A stretch of DNA of 41,094 bases from Octopus bimaculoides (GCF_001194135.2 NC_068997.1:44433837-44474930); one strand, 5' to 3'; positions 1 through 12,256 are shown, counted from the first letter of the stretch. The notes: generated by a model from the letters alone, not told the origin. Numbers and translations are program-made.

Positions 1-38
<38 letters not shown>

Positions 39-48
39 AGAGAGAGAT
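1..48. repeat. (AG)n microsatellite
   Basis: Direct reading. Confidence 0.95.
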
Positions 49-1237
49 GGGGTGGGGTGGAAAGAGGAAAGGGGTCCTCAAGTAGATGACCTGAGTTGAA
101 TGCTTGCAACAGTGTACAATCTGCTAAAGACACCTAGAAGCCAGGTGGACATAGCATATCGAGCCATGGATTAAGTTTACCACCCAAGAAGGCCACGACA
201 AGATTTGAACACACAGAACGCGACGACAGGATTTGACCTCAAAATGCAAAGCCAAAACACCACAAAACATCTCTCGTCTAAAGCGTGAATGATTCCGACA
301 GTTCACAGGCGCGGTCCTAGGAATTTTTCGAAGCAGGGGGGCACAAAGTCAGAAGGGAATACAATTCCAGGAGAAAAAGGCGTAATAACATTATTTAGAA
401 GGGCGCACTTCTTTTCTTGAGGGAGGCAGGTGCCTTCAGGCTCTTGAGTCCTCCCTTGATTACGTGGGATTTAAACTCATAACACAGAGACACAGAAGAA
501 ATGCTGCTAAGCATTTTTGTCCGACGCACTAACCGTTTTACCAGCTTGCCACCTTAATAATATTGATTTCAAATTCTGGCACAATCCCACCAATTTTGGG
601 GTAGGAGTAAGAAAAAAAAAAGAAGGTAAAATTATCTTTTCGAGTCATGCCTNNNNNNNNNNNNNNNNNNNNNNNNNNNNNNNNNNNNNNNNNNNNNNNN
701 NNNNNNNNNNNNNNNNNNNNNNNNNNNNNNNNNNNNNNNNNNNNNNNNNNNNNNNNNNNNNNNNNNNNNNNNNNNNNNNNNNNNNNNNNNNNNNNNNNNN
801 NNNNNNNNNNNNNNNNNNNNNNNNNNNNNNNNNNNNNNNNNNNNNNNNNNNNNNNNNNNNNNNNNNNNNNNNNNNNNNNNNNNNNNNNNNNNNNNNNNNN
901 NNNNNNNNNNNNNNNNNNNNNNNNNNNNNNNNNNNNNNNNNNNNNNNNNNNNNNNNNNNNNNNNNNNNNNNNNNNNNNNNNNNNNNNNNNNNNNNNNNNN
1001 NNNNNNNNNNNNNNNNNNNNNNNNNNNNNNNNNNNNNNNNNNNNNNNNNNNNNNNNNNNNNNNNNNNNAGTAGAAGACATTTGTCCGTAGTATCATGCAG
1101 TGGGACTGAACCCGAAACCATGTGATTGGGAAGCTAACCTTTTACCACAAAGCCATTGTTTTGCGGAAAATATAATTCACTATTTTTGTTTTGTTTTATT
1201 CGAGTAAAATTTGTGCCTATAATAGAAAGGAATTTTC

Positions 1238-1450
1238 TTTTCTACTCTAGGCATAAGGCCCGAAATTTTGTGGGGAGGGGGATAGTCGATTAGATCGACC
1301 TCAGTACTCAACTGGTACTTGATTTATCGAGCTCGAAAGGATGAAAGACAAAGTCGACTTCGGCCGAATTTGAACTCAGAACATAAAGACAAATGAAATA
1401 CCGCTAAGCATTTCGCCCGACGTGCTAACCACTCTGCCAGCTTGCGGCCT
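1238..1450 (-). mobile_element. tRNA-derived SINE (family C); related copies near 13100-13260, 20990-21125, 31080-31290 (+), 31730-31900, 37447-37675, 38966-39080, 39130-39345, 39990-40160
   Basis: The minus strand reads A-box-like AGCTGGCAGAGTGGTTAGC and B-box-like GAGTTCAAATT, followed by a shared body (GTCGACTTTG..TTTCATCC, AGTACCAGTT) that recurs across the window. Confidence 0.8.
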
Positions 1451-2898
1451 TAGTAGAAAAGAATATTGTTTCAAATTAATTTTAAATACAAAATATTCGA
1501 TAATTATAAACAGTCAATGTAATAGAATAAGAATAATAGCAAATCCCGTTGCATTCTGAGTTCAAATCCCGGTGAGATAAGATCAACTTTGCTTTTCATC
1601 CAGCCGGCATGAATAGATGAGCTCCCAGTCTAAGAGAATGAGGTTTTTGTGTTATTACTTTCTCCACACAATGGATGTAAGATTTGTAGTAGGCAAGAAA
1701 ACCACAGCTGCGTGGAAATTCGCAATATGACCACCGTGTGTGAAAATAAAAGATAAGGTCTTAAAAATTATGATGATGTCATCTTGAAATATTGGTAATG
1801 ATTACATCCACGAATTGGTGATGATGTCAACTTGATATCAGAAATGATGTCATCTTAGAATTGACGATGATGTCGTCTGGAAACTGATTGTGACGTCATA
1901 TTGAGATCTGTGATGATCTCATCTCGAAATTGATGATGACGTCATCCTTGAATTGGTGTTAGTGTCATAAAATTGATGATGCTGAAATTGGTATCGTCTA
2001 ATCTTGAAGTTAGTGATGTCATTTTGAAAATGGTGATGAATCATCTTGCGATATTGGTAATGACGTCTTCGTGGTATTAGTGACGAAGTCATTTCTTTAA
2101 TTGTTGCTGACGTCATAATGACTTTGGTGATGACCTCACCTTGAAATATTTTCGATGACGTCATCTTGAAATTGGTAATGATGTCATACCGAAACATTAA
2201 CGAAGATGTCATGAAATATTTAATGATATCATCTAAACATTAACTGATGATGTCCTCTTGAAATCGGTGATGATACCATTTTGATATTGGTGATGATGTC
2301 ATAATGAAATTAGTCTGATCTCATCTTGAAACGGCTGATGATGCCATCTACAAATTGACCTTAATGTCACAATGAAATTCGTATTAGTGTCATCTTGAAA
2401 CGTTGGTGATGACATCATCTTGAAATTGGTGATGACGTCATCTACAAATTGGCGAAGATGTCACCTTAAAATTGGTAACGATGACATCTTGAAACATTGA
2501 GGATGATGACATCTGGAATTTGGTAATGTCAACTTGATATTGGTGATAATGTCATCTTCATATGTCACCTTATAATTGCTGATGTCGTCTCGAAATGGAT
2601 AGTGGTTTGTCATGAAATTAATGACGATGTATTCTGGATATGGTTGATGATCTCATCTTGATACAGGTGATAATATATCAATGAAATTAGTGATGGTGCC
2701 ATCATAAAATTGCTGATGTTGTCATCTTGATTTTGGTGACGAAGTATCTTGCGGAATTGGCGATTATGTCATATTAAAATTAGTAACAAAGTCATCTTGA
2801 TTTTTGGGGATCGAGTCATCTTGAAATTTGAGATAACGTCATCTTAATATTGGTAATGATGTCATCTTGAAATTCATGATGAAGTGATATTGAAATTT

Positions 2899-3096
2899 GT
2901 GATGGTCCCTTCCTGAAATTGTGATGGTCCCATCCTGAAATTGTGATGGTCCCATCCTGAAATTGTGATGGTCCCTTCCTGAAATCGTGATGGTCCCTTC
3001 CTGAAATTGTAATGGTCCCTTCCTGAAATTGTGATGGTCCCATCCTGAAGTTATGATGGTCCCATCCTGAAATTGTGATGGTCCCATCTTTAAATT
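2899..3096 (+). repeat. Homogeneous minisatellite, 9 x 22 nt GTGATGGTCCC(A/T)TCCTGAAATT
   Basis: Units counted at 2899, 2921, 2943, 2965, 2987, 3009, 3031, 3053, 3075. Confidence 0.95.
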
Positions 3097-3557
3097 GGTG
3101 TTAATGTCATTATGAAGTTGGTGATGATGTCAAATTGATTCTGATGTCATCTTGAATTGGTGATCAAGTGATCTTGAAATTAGAGATAATATCTTCTTGA
3201 TACTGGTGATGACGTCATATTAAAACTAGTGGTGATGTCATGTTGAAATTGGTGATGACATCATATTGAACTTGTTATGATTTCATCATGAAATTAATAT
3301 CACCTTGAAACATTAGTGATGATATCATCTAGTAATTAGATATGTTATCATCTTGAATTTGATGATATCATCATGAAATATTGGCGATGCTGCCATCTTG
3401 AAACTGGTACGATGCAATTTTGAAATTAGAGACGATGTCTTTTAGAAATTGAATATTATGTCATCTTGAAGTTAATGAACTCATCTTGAAACTTTGGTGA
3501 GTGTATCATCTTGAAATATTTGATGCCATTTTGAAATTGGTGTATGATAACGTCTTT

Positions 3558-3947
3558 GTGGAGGTGCAATGGCCCAGTGGCTAGGGCAGAGGACTCGCGG
3601 TCGTAGGATCGCGGTTTCGATTCCCAGACCGGGCGTTATGAGTGTTTATTGAGCGAAAACACCTAAAGCTCCACGAGGCTCCGGCAGGGAATGGTGGCGA
3701 ACCCCGCTGTACTCTTTCACCACAACTTTCTCTCACTCTTACTTCCTGTTTCCGCTGTACCTGTATATTGAAAGGGTCAGCCTTGTCACACTCTGTGTCA
3801 CGCTGAATATCCCCGAGAACTACGTTAAGGGTACACGTGTCTGTGGAATGGTCAGCCGCTTGCACGTTAATTTCGCGAGCCGGCTGTTCCGTTGATCGGA
3901 TCAACTGGAACCCTCGTCGTCGTAACCGACGGAGTGCCAAAGCAAGC
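3558..3947 (+). mobile_element. Full-length tRNA-derived SINE (family A) with 14-bp target-site duplication
   Basis: A-box TGGCCCAGTGG, B-box GGTTTCGATTCC; TSD ATGATAACGTCTTT at 3544-3557 and 3948-3961. Confidence 0.92.
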
Positions 3948-4429
3948 ATGATAACGTCTTTAAATAGGTGATGATCTGATCTTGAAATTCCTAATGATAT
4001 CATCTTGAATTTGGTGACGAATCATCTTGAGGTATTGGTGATGATATCCCCAAGATATTGTTGACGAAGTTATTTTAAATTGTTGAAGATGTCATAATAA
4101 ATTTGAAAAATTCCCCATGATGTCATCTAGAAAGGGGTAATGAAGTCATCTTGAAAAATTCCCGATGTTGTCATCTCAGAATTTGTAACGATGTCATCTT
4201 GAAACGCTGATGATGACGTCATCTTGATATTAAGGGTAATATCATCTTGAAATTGGTAGAAATATCATCCTGATACTGGTGATGACGTCCTCTCGAAATT
4301 GATGAAGACGTCATCTTGAAATTCATGATGATGTCATCTTGAAATATTGGTGACAATGTCATAATGAAGTTAGCCATGATCTTATCTTGAACCACGATAT
4401 AGCCTGCGTAGGTGAACAAGAGTAAACAA

Positions 4430-4806
4430 ATGTATCCGTCCTCAGTATGAAATAACCATAAACTAGTGACGAAAGCTCTCTCCACTTGCAAATACTATAT
4501 ATTTTTTAAGCGGCACACAGTCGCTGATCTCGTATGGAGAAAAACAAGTTGTTTTAAATCTCTGAACGAGAGATATACAGTAACAGTACCGGATAGTAAT
4601 GTTTATATACCAACAAAATGTAGCAGTCCTATAAAGGACGATGTTACTGCTGTTTTAGCCTCAGAAAAACATCTGTTCGAGGTTTCTGGATGTTATCCGT
4701 CCTCAATGTGAGATAACCACAAGCTAGTGACGAAAGCTCTCTCCACTTGTGAATACTATATATATTTTTTTAAGTGACACACAGTCGCTGATTTCGTATA
4801 GAGAAA
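4430..4806 (+). repeat. Imperfect direct duplication of about 115 bp (4430-4543 and 4690-4806)
   Basis: Both copies share TATCCGTCCTCA..CTAGTGACGAAAGCTCTCTCCACTTG..CACACAGTCGCTGAT. Confidence 0.85.
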
Positions 4807-6228
4807 CACAATACATATATAATACACGATGGCTTTATCACAGTCTCCGTCTACTAAATTCCCGAGCAAAGCGAGTGCTGAAGCACACACCAATCTGAAC
4901 CAGATATAAATGGTTGAATTCTTTGCTTGGGAGCCTACATAAAGAGATACTCATCGTAGCTGCTACTGCGACAAGATAAATTGTGAAAAAGAAGTTGTTA
5001 AATCGGAAGCCAGATTATAATTGTAACATAATACCTATTAATCGCCATGTCTATTATTAGGCAGTTTTCTCTTTCTTTAGCCTTTGTTTACATATATTAT
5101 TCCGGTTTGTTTACATTAAACTGCTTTGTTTTCAGATAGTCACGGACTCATGAATGAAAATTCGGTCGGTGATGATTGCTCGGAAATAAAAGTAAAATAA
5201 GATTAATGATTTATTTCTCGAATTCTTTTATATAACTGTTTATCAAACAATTGAATTCACTCTATGAGCGCAAAGTTAGAAATAAAATGTCAGTTCATAA
5301 TAATTCATATTTCCTCCGGCAAGGCAAGCAAGCACTCCATTTTGACTACAGGATGACACCACTAAACTATTTCAAATCTGTCTACTAGTTATGTAGCTTT
5401 GATGACACAGAAGTTGAACTTCTTTACATGAGTCGCTACCTCAACCGTCTCAGCGACGCTGATAAATTGGGCTAATAAAGTATTTATCTGATGGTAGCTT
5501 TCATCGCATTCAAATTTGTCAAGCTTATCAACAAATTAACATCTCAAGCGATACGTTTAGACAACCTTGTAATATATTAGCTGGTATTCTCTGACATGCA
5601 ACAGAGAAATATTTAAGCGTTTCCTAAACATGCTAAAATATCATAAAGACTGTCAAAACAACAATATCACTGTCATGCTTTATGACGAAGAGTTAGTACG
5701 TGATTCTTTACTATCTTCGGAATTATTGATAACGGAATTCGTAAAGAATTAATGGTAATGATAGATCTTGGCCTAAAGTTATTACTTCAAGAGTTCTGGT
5801 CCTCTAATGCGCGCCTGATGGTAATTTATTTTCTGGTGACAACTCTCTTCCAGTTATGAGCCCCGTGAAAAACGAAATTTCGAAAGACAAGGATTTAAAT
5901 GAATTTCCTTTGAGATATTTAGAAAAGAATAAAAAAATATATATAATAATCGACGCGAAAACCAACAATATTCATCACAATATAAACATATGTGTTACTG
6001 CTGTAGAGATTTATATCATCCGTTGTCGAGCATGTAGAGTTTATCAAACAAATATTTCGAAGATACTTGTCAGTCTATGAAAAGACCGTAGCTTTAGCGA
6101 AAGTATGATGAACGTTAAAATGATTTTTCACGAGAATCTGTTTACAAGAATATGGGATGGTAGCGTACGACTTAAGGGAAATTCCCCCCCCCACCTCTCT
6201 CTCTGTTATATATACATAAATATAGACG

Positions 6229-6380
6229 TAGTGGATAACAGCTAGCCTTCGGCTGCCCTTTTGGACCCTGTTGCGTCCACTACTCTTATTGGTTGGTATT
6301 GGCGCAATTTGTATCTTGCTCTATTGCGCGCCAAGATGCAACCTAACCAATCGCAGCCTTCAGATAAGGTCACGTGAGAA
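6229..6380. promoter_or_regulatory. CpG-rich promoter-like segment (CCAAT boxes, E2F-like GCGCGCCAA, GATA, E-box CACGTG) with two imperfect hairpins; possibly LTR-derived
   Basis: Motif cluster in an otherwise CpG-poor background; the transcript it would drive is not identifiable. Confidence 0.35.
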
Positions 6381-7779
6381 GTCTCTTCTAAACTTTCGAT
6401 GAGCCGACAGCACGTTATAAAGCTTCAGCGACACATCGAGTCGAGGTATTTCGGTTCCAGACCTTTTGAGGTCTAGCCACTGACCACAGAGCACACAACC
6501 AGTGCCAGCGACGACACAACAGCAGCCACATGGAGACTCATCAACACTTCGTCCACGCAGCGTTCGTTCTAACATCAACATCATCTCTCTACGTACACAC
6601 CAACCAGCGACGCTCGCGCAGGTTCTATCTCCACACTGTTTGCGAATCACTTCACCATGGTTAACAGCAAATACAACCTGCGACAACCTTCTGTAACAAG
6701 AGACTGGCTCTGCATCGTAGCCACAACTTCTTATACGACAGTACCTCAACCGGCGCTCCCCTTTCATTTTTATTTACTTTTTAAAACACACTAAACTCAA
6801 AGATTACCCAATTACAGCATGGAAGACATATTCAGACTTGTAGGGACACTGTGTTTCGTTATAGAAACGTAATTTTCTCCGAAGTATATTAAACATTTTA
6901 TAAGCCAATGCTTTGCTATGGTTGCATAACGAAATATGGATTCCCTACAAGTCATCAATACGTAAAATTGGTATATTTAGTGGCTATTTAAGCAATGATT
7001 TCGTAGATGGTTAATGAGGTGGATGTGGTGCAATGAGCTGGATAAAGGAGCAAAAACTCCTGAAATATGGCATATACACCTATTATCCATTTTTCCTCTT
7101 CGATCTCATTGTTGTTTACATTAGGCGTACACGGATATGAAACCTCGTAACAAGTTTGTGCTGGCTATAATTTCGATAGAAAATCTGTAGGGATAACCTC
7201 ACCAAGTGAAACATATTTACACATTCAAAAACACACAAAAACTGTCAACTTCGTTTGAACTTTTATTATTTGGAGTCAAAATTTTAGTCGTACCATTTGT
7301 GTCCTAATTACTGACGCTGTTCGATCAGTTGAGGAAAAATTTGACACCAAATAATAAATGTCTAAGTGAAGTTAACAGTCTTTTGTGTATTTTTGAATAG
7401 CTAATATGTGTTTTCCAACTTTAAATGAAGGTGTTTGTGAAGTAAACGTTTATGATAATTTTTTCACGAGAATTTATATTGTAAGAATACGGTGTCCGTT
7501 CTTCTATCAAGTAAGGCTGAGAAACTGTGTTGTTTTTTGTTTTTTTTTTAAACCGAAACTTCTGATGGCAGTTAATGATGTTCAACTACCAGAAAATTTC
7601 ATGACAGAGATTGTGGAAGCAGTTATTTTTAGAAAAAGGCTGTATGTCAAGATATTCAAAAGTGTTTTTCGACTTGAATGTTCTTAATGGAAATCTCACG
7701 ACCAGAAGTCAATGCTGTCTTTTAAATCCAGCATAAATAAAACCAATTCTTACATTCAGATTTCTAATTCAGGCAGCAA

Positions 7780-9700
7780 AACTTACGTCCACTTTGTCCT
7801 GAATATTTGCACAACAATTTATTGAAGAAGAAATCAATCGATTGCGGCGTAATGGAATCATTGAGCTAAATCAGTCGGCATAGCAACACAAGTACATATA
7901 ATCAAGAAGAACAGGATAAAAAGCCAATTTACAGTAGCACTAGAGTCGTACTGTAAATCAATATACAGCTATTGATACACACCAAATATCCTGAATTGAT
8001 GAACTGGTCAATACCTTGTCAGATCTTTTCCACTGTCAATCATCAAACTGCTGCCATCAAACATCTGTGCTAAGATTCTGAGCGCTCACGGATAAGCTTT
8101 AACAGTTCTGTAGGCTTCCTTACGACGTTACAAAAAAAAAATCTGTTTTCAGAAGTTGATTGACAAACTCATTGATGAATAACAGACTGAACAATACTTT
8201 TGCTTGCATGAATAGCATCATCGACACTAGATGTCCTCAAGAATAACAACCGTTGATATGATAATCTAACGGAAGTAAATCAAATAAATTTTAATATGAC
8301 TACGGAGCTCCGCCCAGTTTATATTAAATCAAAGTTACCTATTCTTGGTTATAACACTTTTTACCAATCACTTCGACCTGATCTAACTAGTGTAGAATCT
8401 TTCTTGATTATTTTCCCCTTATCAGATTGGAAGTCTTTAAAACGTATGAAGAGTGAATTCGCTCACTGTTCTCAGTAGATACCCATTACTGTTTTAACAA
8501 GACGCATCCATTTCCTCTCCACTAGGATGAAATAAAAACCTTTAAATCAATAAAACGTTGCATCACATGCTCTGTTTTGATTGATATCGACAAAACGCAT
8601 TGCAAACAAGATTGATATAAACTTGGTTAAATGGAAAACCTTATAAAATGACCTGCTAGTAGCTTACATCTTACGCAATCTGCTCATAATTCTACGGCAG
8701 CCAAAGAAAATTTATCAATAGGGGAAGCAGTCAAAACGTGGGGCTTTTATTTTTCGACAAGACTATTATGACTGATGCGCAGTTTTGGCATCCTATGTGG
8801 CACAACTTACATTCTAAAATAAAGAACGAAAAATTTCAAAAATTTCGCATGGAAATATTGGGTTATTCTTTCAATATTCGCCCTCGACCTACTTAACAAA
8901 ATGTCGAAACTACCATTATCAAGCAGGGTAGCTGAGAATAACCCGATTGGCTCATTTTATAAAAGGGGGCTCTAACTCCTGTTCAGCATAGAAATCCGGC
9001 AGATATGTAGTAACTGCTCAATCTTTTCACGAATTAAATCTCAATATTTCTGATATTAAAATCACAAATTGGTTAAAACAACTATCCTCGCCCCTACATA
9101 ATGACATCGCATTGGTTTCAAAGGTTCTCTTCTTAAACACTCAGCATGCGGGTAGGTAATAATCAATAACAATTACCTAAAGTGCTGAGGTCGATTTAAT
9201 CGATTAACATCCAGCCCTGAAATTTCAGGTCTTGCAATTGTCTTAGAAACAATTACCGATAGTTATTCATGATTCTCTTGTGTCTACGCATAAATCTATA
9301 AACTGTTTGGTAAATATATTTGCTCTATTTGACTGATCGTGTGTGCTTGCCTGTACGAGCCTCCAATATATACAGTCTTTATCCAAGTTTAATGTTGTCC
9401 CGTTCTCTTTACAAAGGATGATATTTGGAAAGTGATTAAGCTGTTGTAAGCTCAAAAGGACTTTTCAATCATATCAAGGGAGTAAGTGATACCTGACGTT
9501 TTACATTCCATTGATACTTTCCTGTGTACTAGTACGGATTGCATACAATAAGAACCATTCCTCAATTTTAATCGAAGTGAACCAACAATGACATCCTTAT
9601 CGCAGTGACTATTGACCCTAGAGTGACAGAGCAAGAGCGTCTGAAAAACGGTGTGTAATCTGAGGTATAAGTCATTAACAGAACCTATAGAATTAATTGA
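7780..9700 (+). mobile_element. Decayed Ty3/Gypsy LTR-retrotransposon pol remnant
   Basis: Interrupted translations QFIEEEINRLRRNGIIE (7815-7865) and RTVNQYTAIDTHQIS*IDELVNT (from 7947) resemble the Gypsy RT N-terminus; TFACMNSII near 8195 resembles the Y/FxDD region. Many stops and frameshifts; boundaries approximate. Confidence 0.65.
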
Positions 9701-10148
9701 AGAAACACTAAATATGCGTGAGTTCGCAAAGCCAAATCAATGGATAGGAAACCATAGTTGTATTTCGTCATCTCATACTAAGAACTGTAAGCGAATTGAC
9801 AAATAGTTAGCAAGCAAGTTAGCAAGCAAGTTAGCATACTGAAATTCGGTCAGGGAGATTTGGCTGGTATTTCTAGCCAACAGAATTATTCCTCCTGTTT
9901 AACTTTTGAGAACTAATATTAAACTGTGAGAATATATTTCGTTATTTCGGGTTTTTTAAAATAAATGTTAAAAGTTATTTCAATAATTTGTTTCCATCTT
10001 AAAAACAGGGGTCGGGTTAGGATAGGTGACTTGATCCTTATTTTACGATTTATATCGATATTTCTTTTAAACGTTTGAAAGTTATTTCAAATAATTTGTT
10101 TGTCTTTCTTATAATCAGTGGTCAGCAACACGTTAGCTGTGACCCACT

Positions 10149-10552
10149 CTCTCTTTTACTCGCTTTACTTGTTTCAGTCATTTGACTGCGGTCATACTGG
10201 AGCACCGCCTTTAGTCGAGCAAATCGACCCCAGGACTTATTCTTTTGTAAGCCTAGTACTTATTCTATCGGTCTCTTTTCCCCGAACCGCTAAGTTACGG
10301 GGACGTAAACATACCAGCATCGGTTGTCAAGCGATGTTGTGGGGACAAACACAGACACACGAACACACATATACATACATATATATATACATATATACGA
10401 CGGGCTTCTTTTCAGTTTCCGTCTACCAAATCCACTCACAAGGCTTTGGTCGGCCCGAGGCTATAGTAGAAGACACTTGCCTAAGGTGCCACGCAGTGGG
10501 ACTGAACCCGGAACCATGTGGTTGGTAAGCAAGCTACTTACCACACAGCCAC
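10149..10552 (-). mobile_element. tRNA-derived SINE (family B) with internal microsatellite; fragments near 1070-1155, 15058-15212, 16256-16412, 17880-17930, 21610-21770 (+), 21820-22180, 22430-22510 (+), 33500-33690, 35520-35560 (+), 40870-41070
   Basis: The minus strand reads GTGGCTGTGTGGTAAG (A-box) and GGGTTCAGTCCC (B-box), then a body ending GCAGTCAAATGACTGAAACAAGTAAA. Confidence 0.82.
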
Positions 10553-12224
10553 TGAAGGTTTTTACGCTCTTTTTGTGTCATGATTTANNNNNNNNNNNNN
10601 NNNNNNNNNNNNNNNNNNNNNNNNNNNNNNNNNNNNNNNNNNNNNNNNNNNNNNNNNNNNNNNNNNNNNNTATATATATACGCAGGTCACGGGGAATTCT
10701 GAAAAAAAAAAAAAACTAAAAATGAAAACCGACAAAAACGGTAAGTGGATCATTGTAAAAAGTTGTTTTGCAGATCCCTGTTAAGTTAAAACAGGGCTGA
10801 GGTGGGAGTGAAGTGATTGAATGTGTCGAGGGAGACTTAGTGCAAGAAAAAGAGCAAGTGTGAAAAAATGAAATTATTGTGAGATGTCAAACGAATAGCG
10901 AAGCAATTCAGTGTCGTGCGAAACTGGACGAGCGCCAGTAGAAAGAAACAGAAAAAGATTACTCTGCAAAGATTAAGAAAATGTCAGAAGTAATAAAAGA
11001 TACAGAGTGGAACAGTGTTGAGAGACAAGGAGAAAAGAGGACAGCCATAGACTTAATGTTTGTAAGAAGAATGTATGCAAAAAGACGGAGAAACTTTAGC
11101 AGAGACAGAAACGAAAAAGAATAAGTTTAAGGAAACCAGAAGGAACGAGAGAGGGTGGGGAGAAAATGTGTGAAAGAAAGAGAGAGAGAGAACAAAGAGT
11201 AATAAGAAGGTGTTAGCGTGACAGTGGCACTATTGCAATAGGCACACACTTCTCCTCTCTCATCCTACTACAATAATCGAAGGGGAGGGTTCGACCTTGA
11301 ACATCCAATGAAAATACGCGATTCAAGAGAAGCATGCGCCTTCGCACTTCAACACCAAGTTCAAGGTTGTTTGTCAACAATTCCAAGTCACACTTCACTC
11401 TTGATTAATCCCGTTTGCCGTCCTACAGGGAAAGAGGGATAGAGAAAGAGAGAGAGAGAGAGAGAGTGTGTGAGTGTATGAAAGAAAGGAAAAAGCACCA
11501 CTACCACCATTACCAACAACAAACAACTACCTCAGCCAATACTGGTAAATACTAACTTGTGACTTTATACCTATACTTGCACCAACACTGCAGCACCACT
11601 TCAATCCTACTTCTATATACTTACCACTAGAACATTACCCTAGTACTACTTGACTTACAATCACCAAGCTATTAGAACCAATATCACTAAAACTGCCATA
11701 ATATGATCAACACGGCGATTATATCGTCGACACTACGCCAGAACGTGCATCTATCTTTCACTGGGAATAAAGTAGCCCTGGCAATCAGCATTAGCACATT
11801 GGTTTGAAAATAGGCATTAAAAATAGCATCCAGAAACCAACGGCAAAAATTTTCTATCACCGGTGTCACAAGATCCTTTCTTTAACGTGCCAACACTTGC
11901 ACTAGACTTAGCACCGTCCCCACAGAAACTAGCACTGTCACAGGAATTACTCGAAGTATCCCTAATATCTTTGTATTGCTTATCTCAGGTTTAATCTTAA
12001 CTATATTCTTAATAAGTGCTCGCCGCATTTGGAAGATCGTTAAATTTCGGGTGATTTAAGTTGGGGGGAAAACAAAACCGAAAGCGGAATCAATTTTAAT
12101 TCACTCACACGCATAATTTTTACACACACGCTGACATACCAGCTTTATATATAAATACATATATCATATTCACCTCCTTTTTAATTAGAAAAATACACGA
12201 TGTTATGTATTCAATATCAATGCA

Positions 12225-12256
12225 TATATTTATTTGTTATATTCTAAACTTCAGTT
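12225..12256 (+). promoter_or_regulatory. Candidate GPDH core promoter: TATA-like TATATTTA (12225-12232) and Inr-like TCAGTT (12251-12256)
   Basis: The motifs are about 28 nt apart and 75-105 nt upstream of the ATG. The region is AT-rich, so chance matches are possible. Confidence 0.35.

Larger units (their letters stand above)
1770..4390 (+). repeat. Degenerate satellite with a unit of about 23-27 nt, consensus close to GGTGATGA(C/T)GTCATCTTGAAATT
   Basis: TCATCTTGAAA and GATGATGTCA recur dozens of times; interrupted by a SINE at 3558-3947. Confidence 0.9.

Noticed and set aside
517-1125. Long ORFs spanning N runs (also 22316-23542, 28281-29373, 38067-39125)
   Set aside because: They are made of X residues from assembly gaps.
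2816-3087. Repetitive ORFs and CRISPR-like periodicity
   Set aside because: Head-to-tail minisatellite with no unique spacers and no cas genes, in a eukaryotic context.
3558-3640. tRNA-like sequences at SINE heads
   Set aside because: They have A and B boxes but no complete cloverleaf, and they are fused to SINE bodies with TSDs. Not tRNA genes.
10800-11220. Strongly purine-rich stretch
   Set aside because: Low-complexity sequence with no ORF or motif support.
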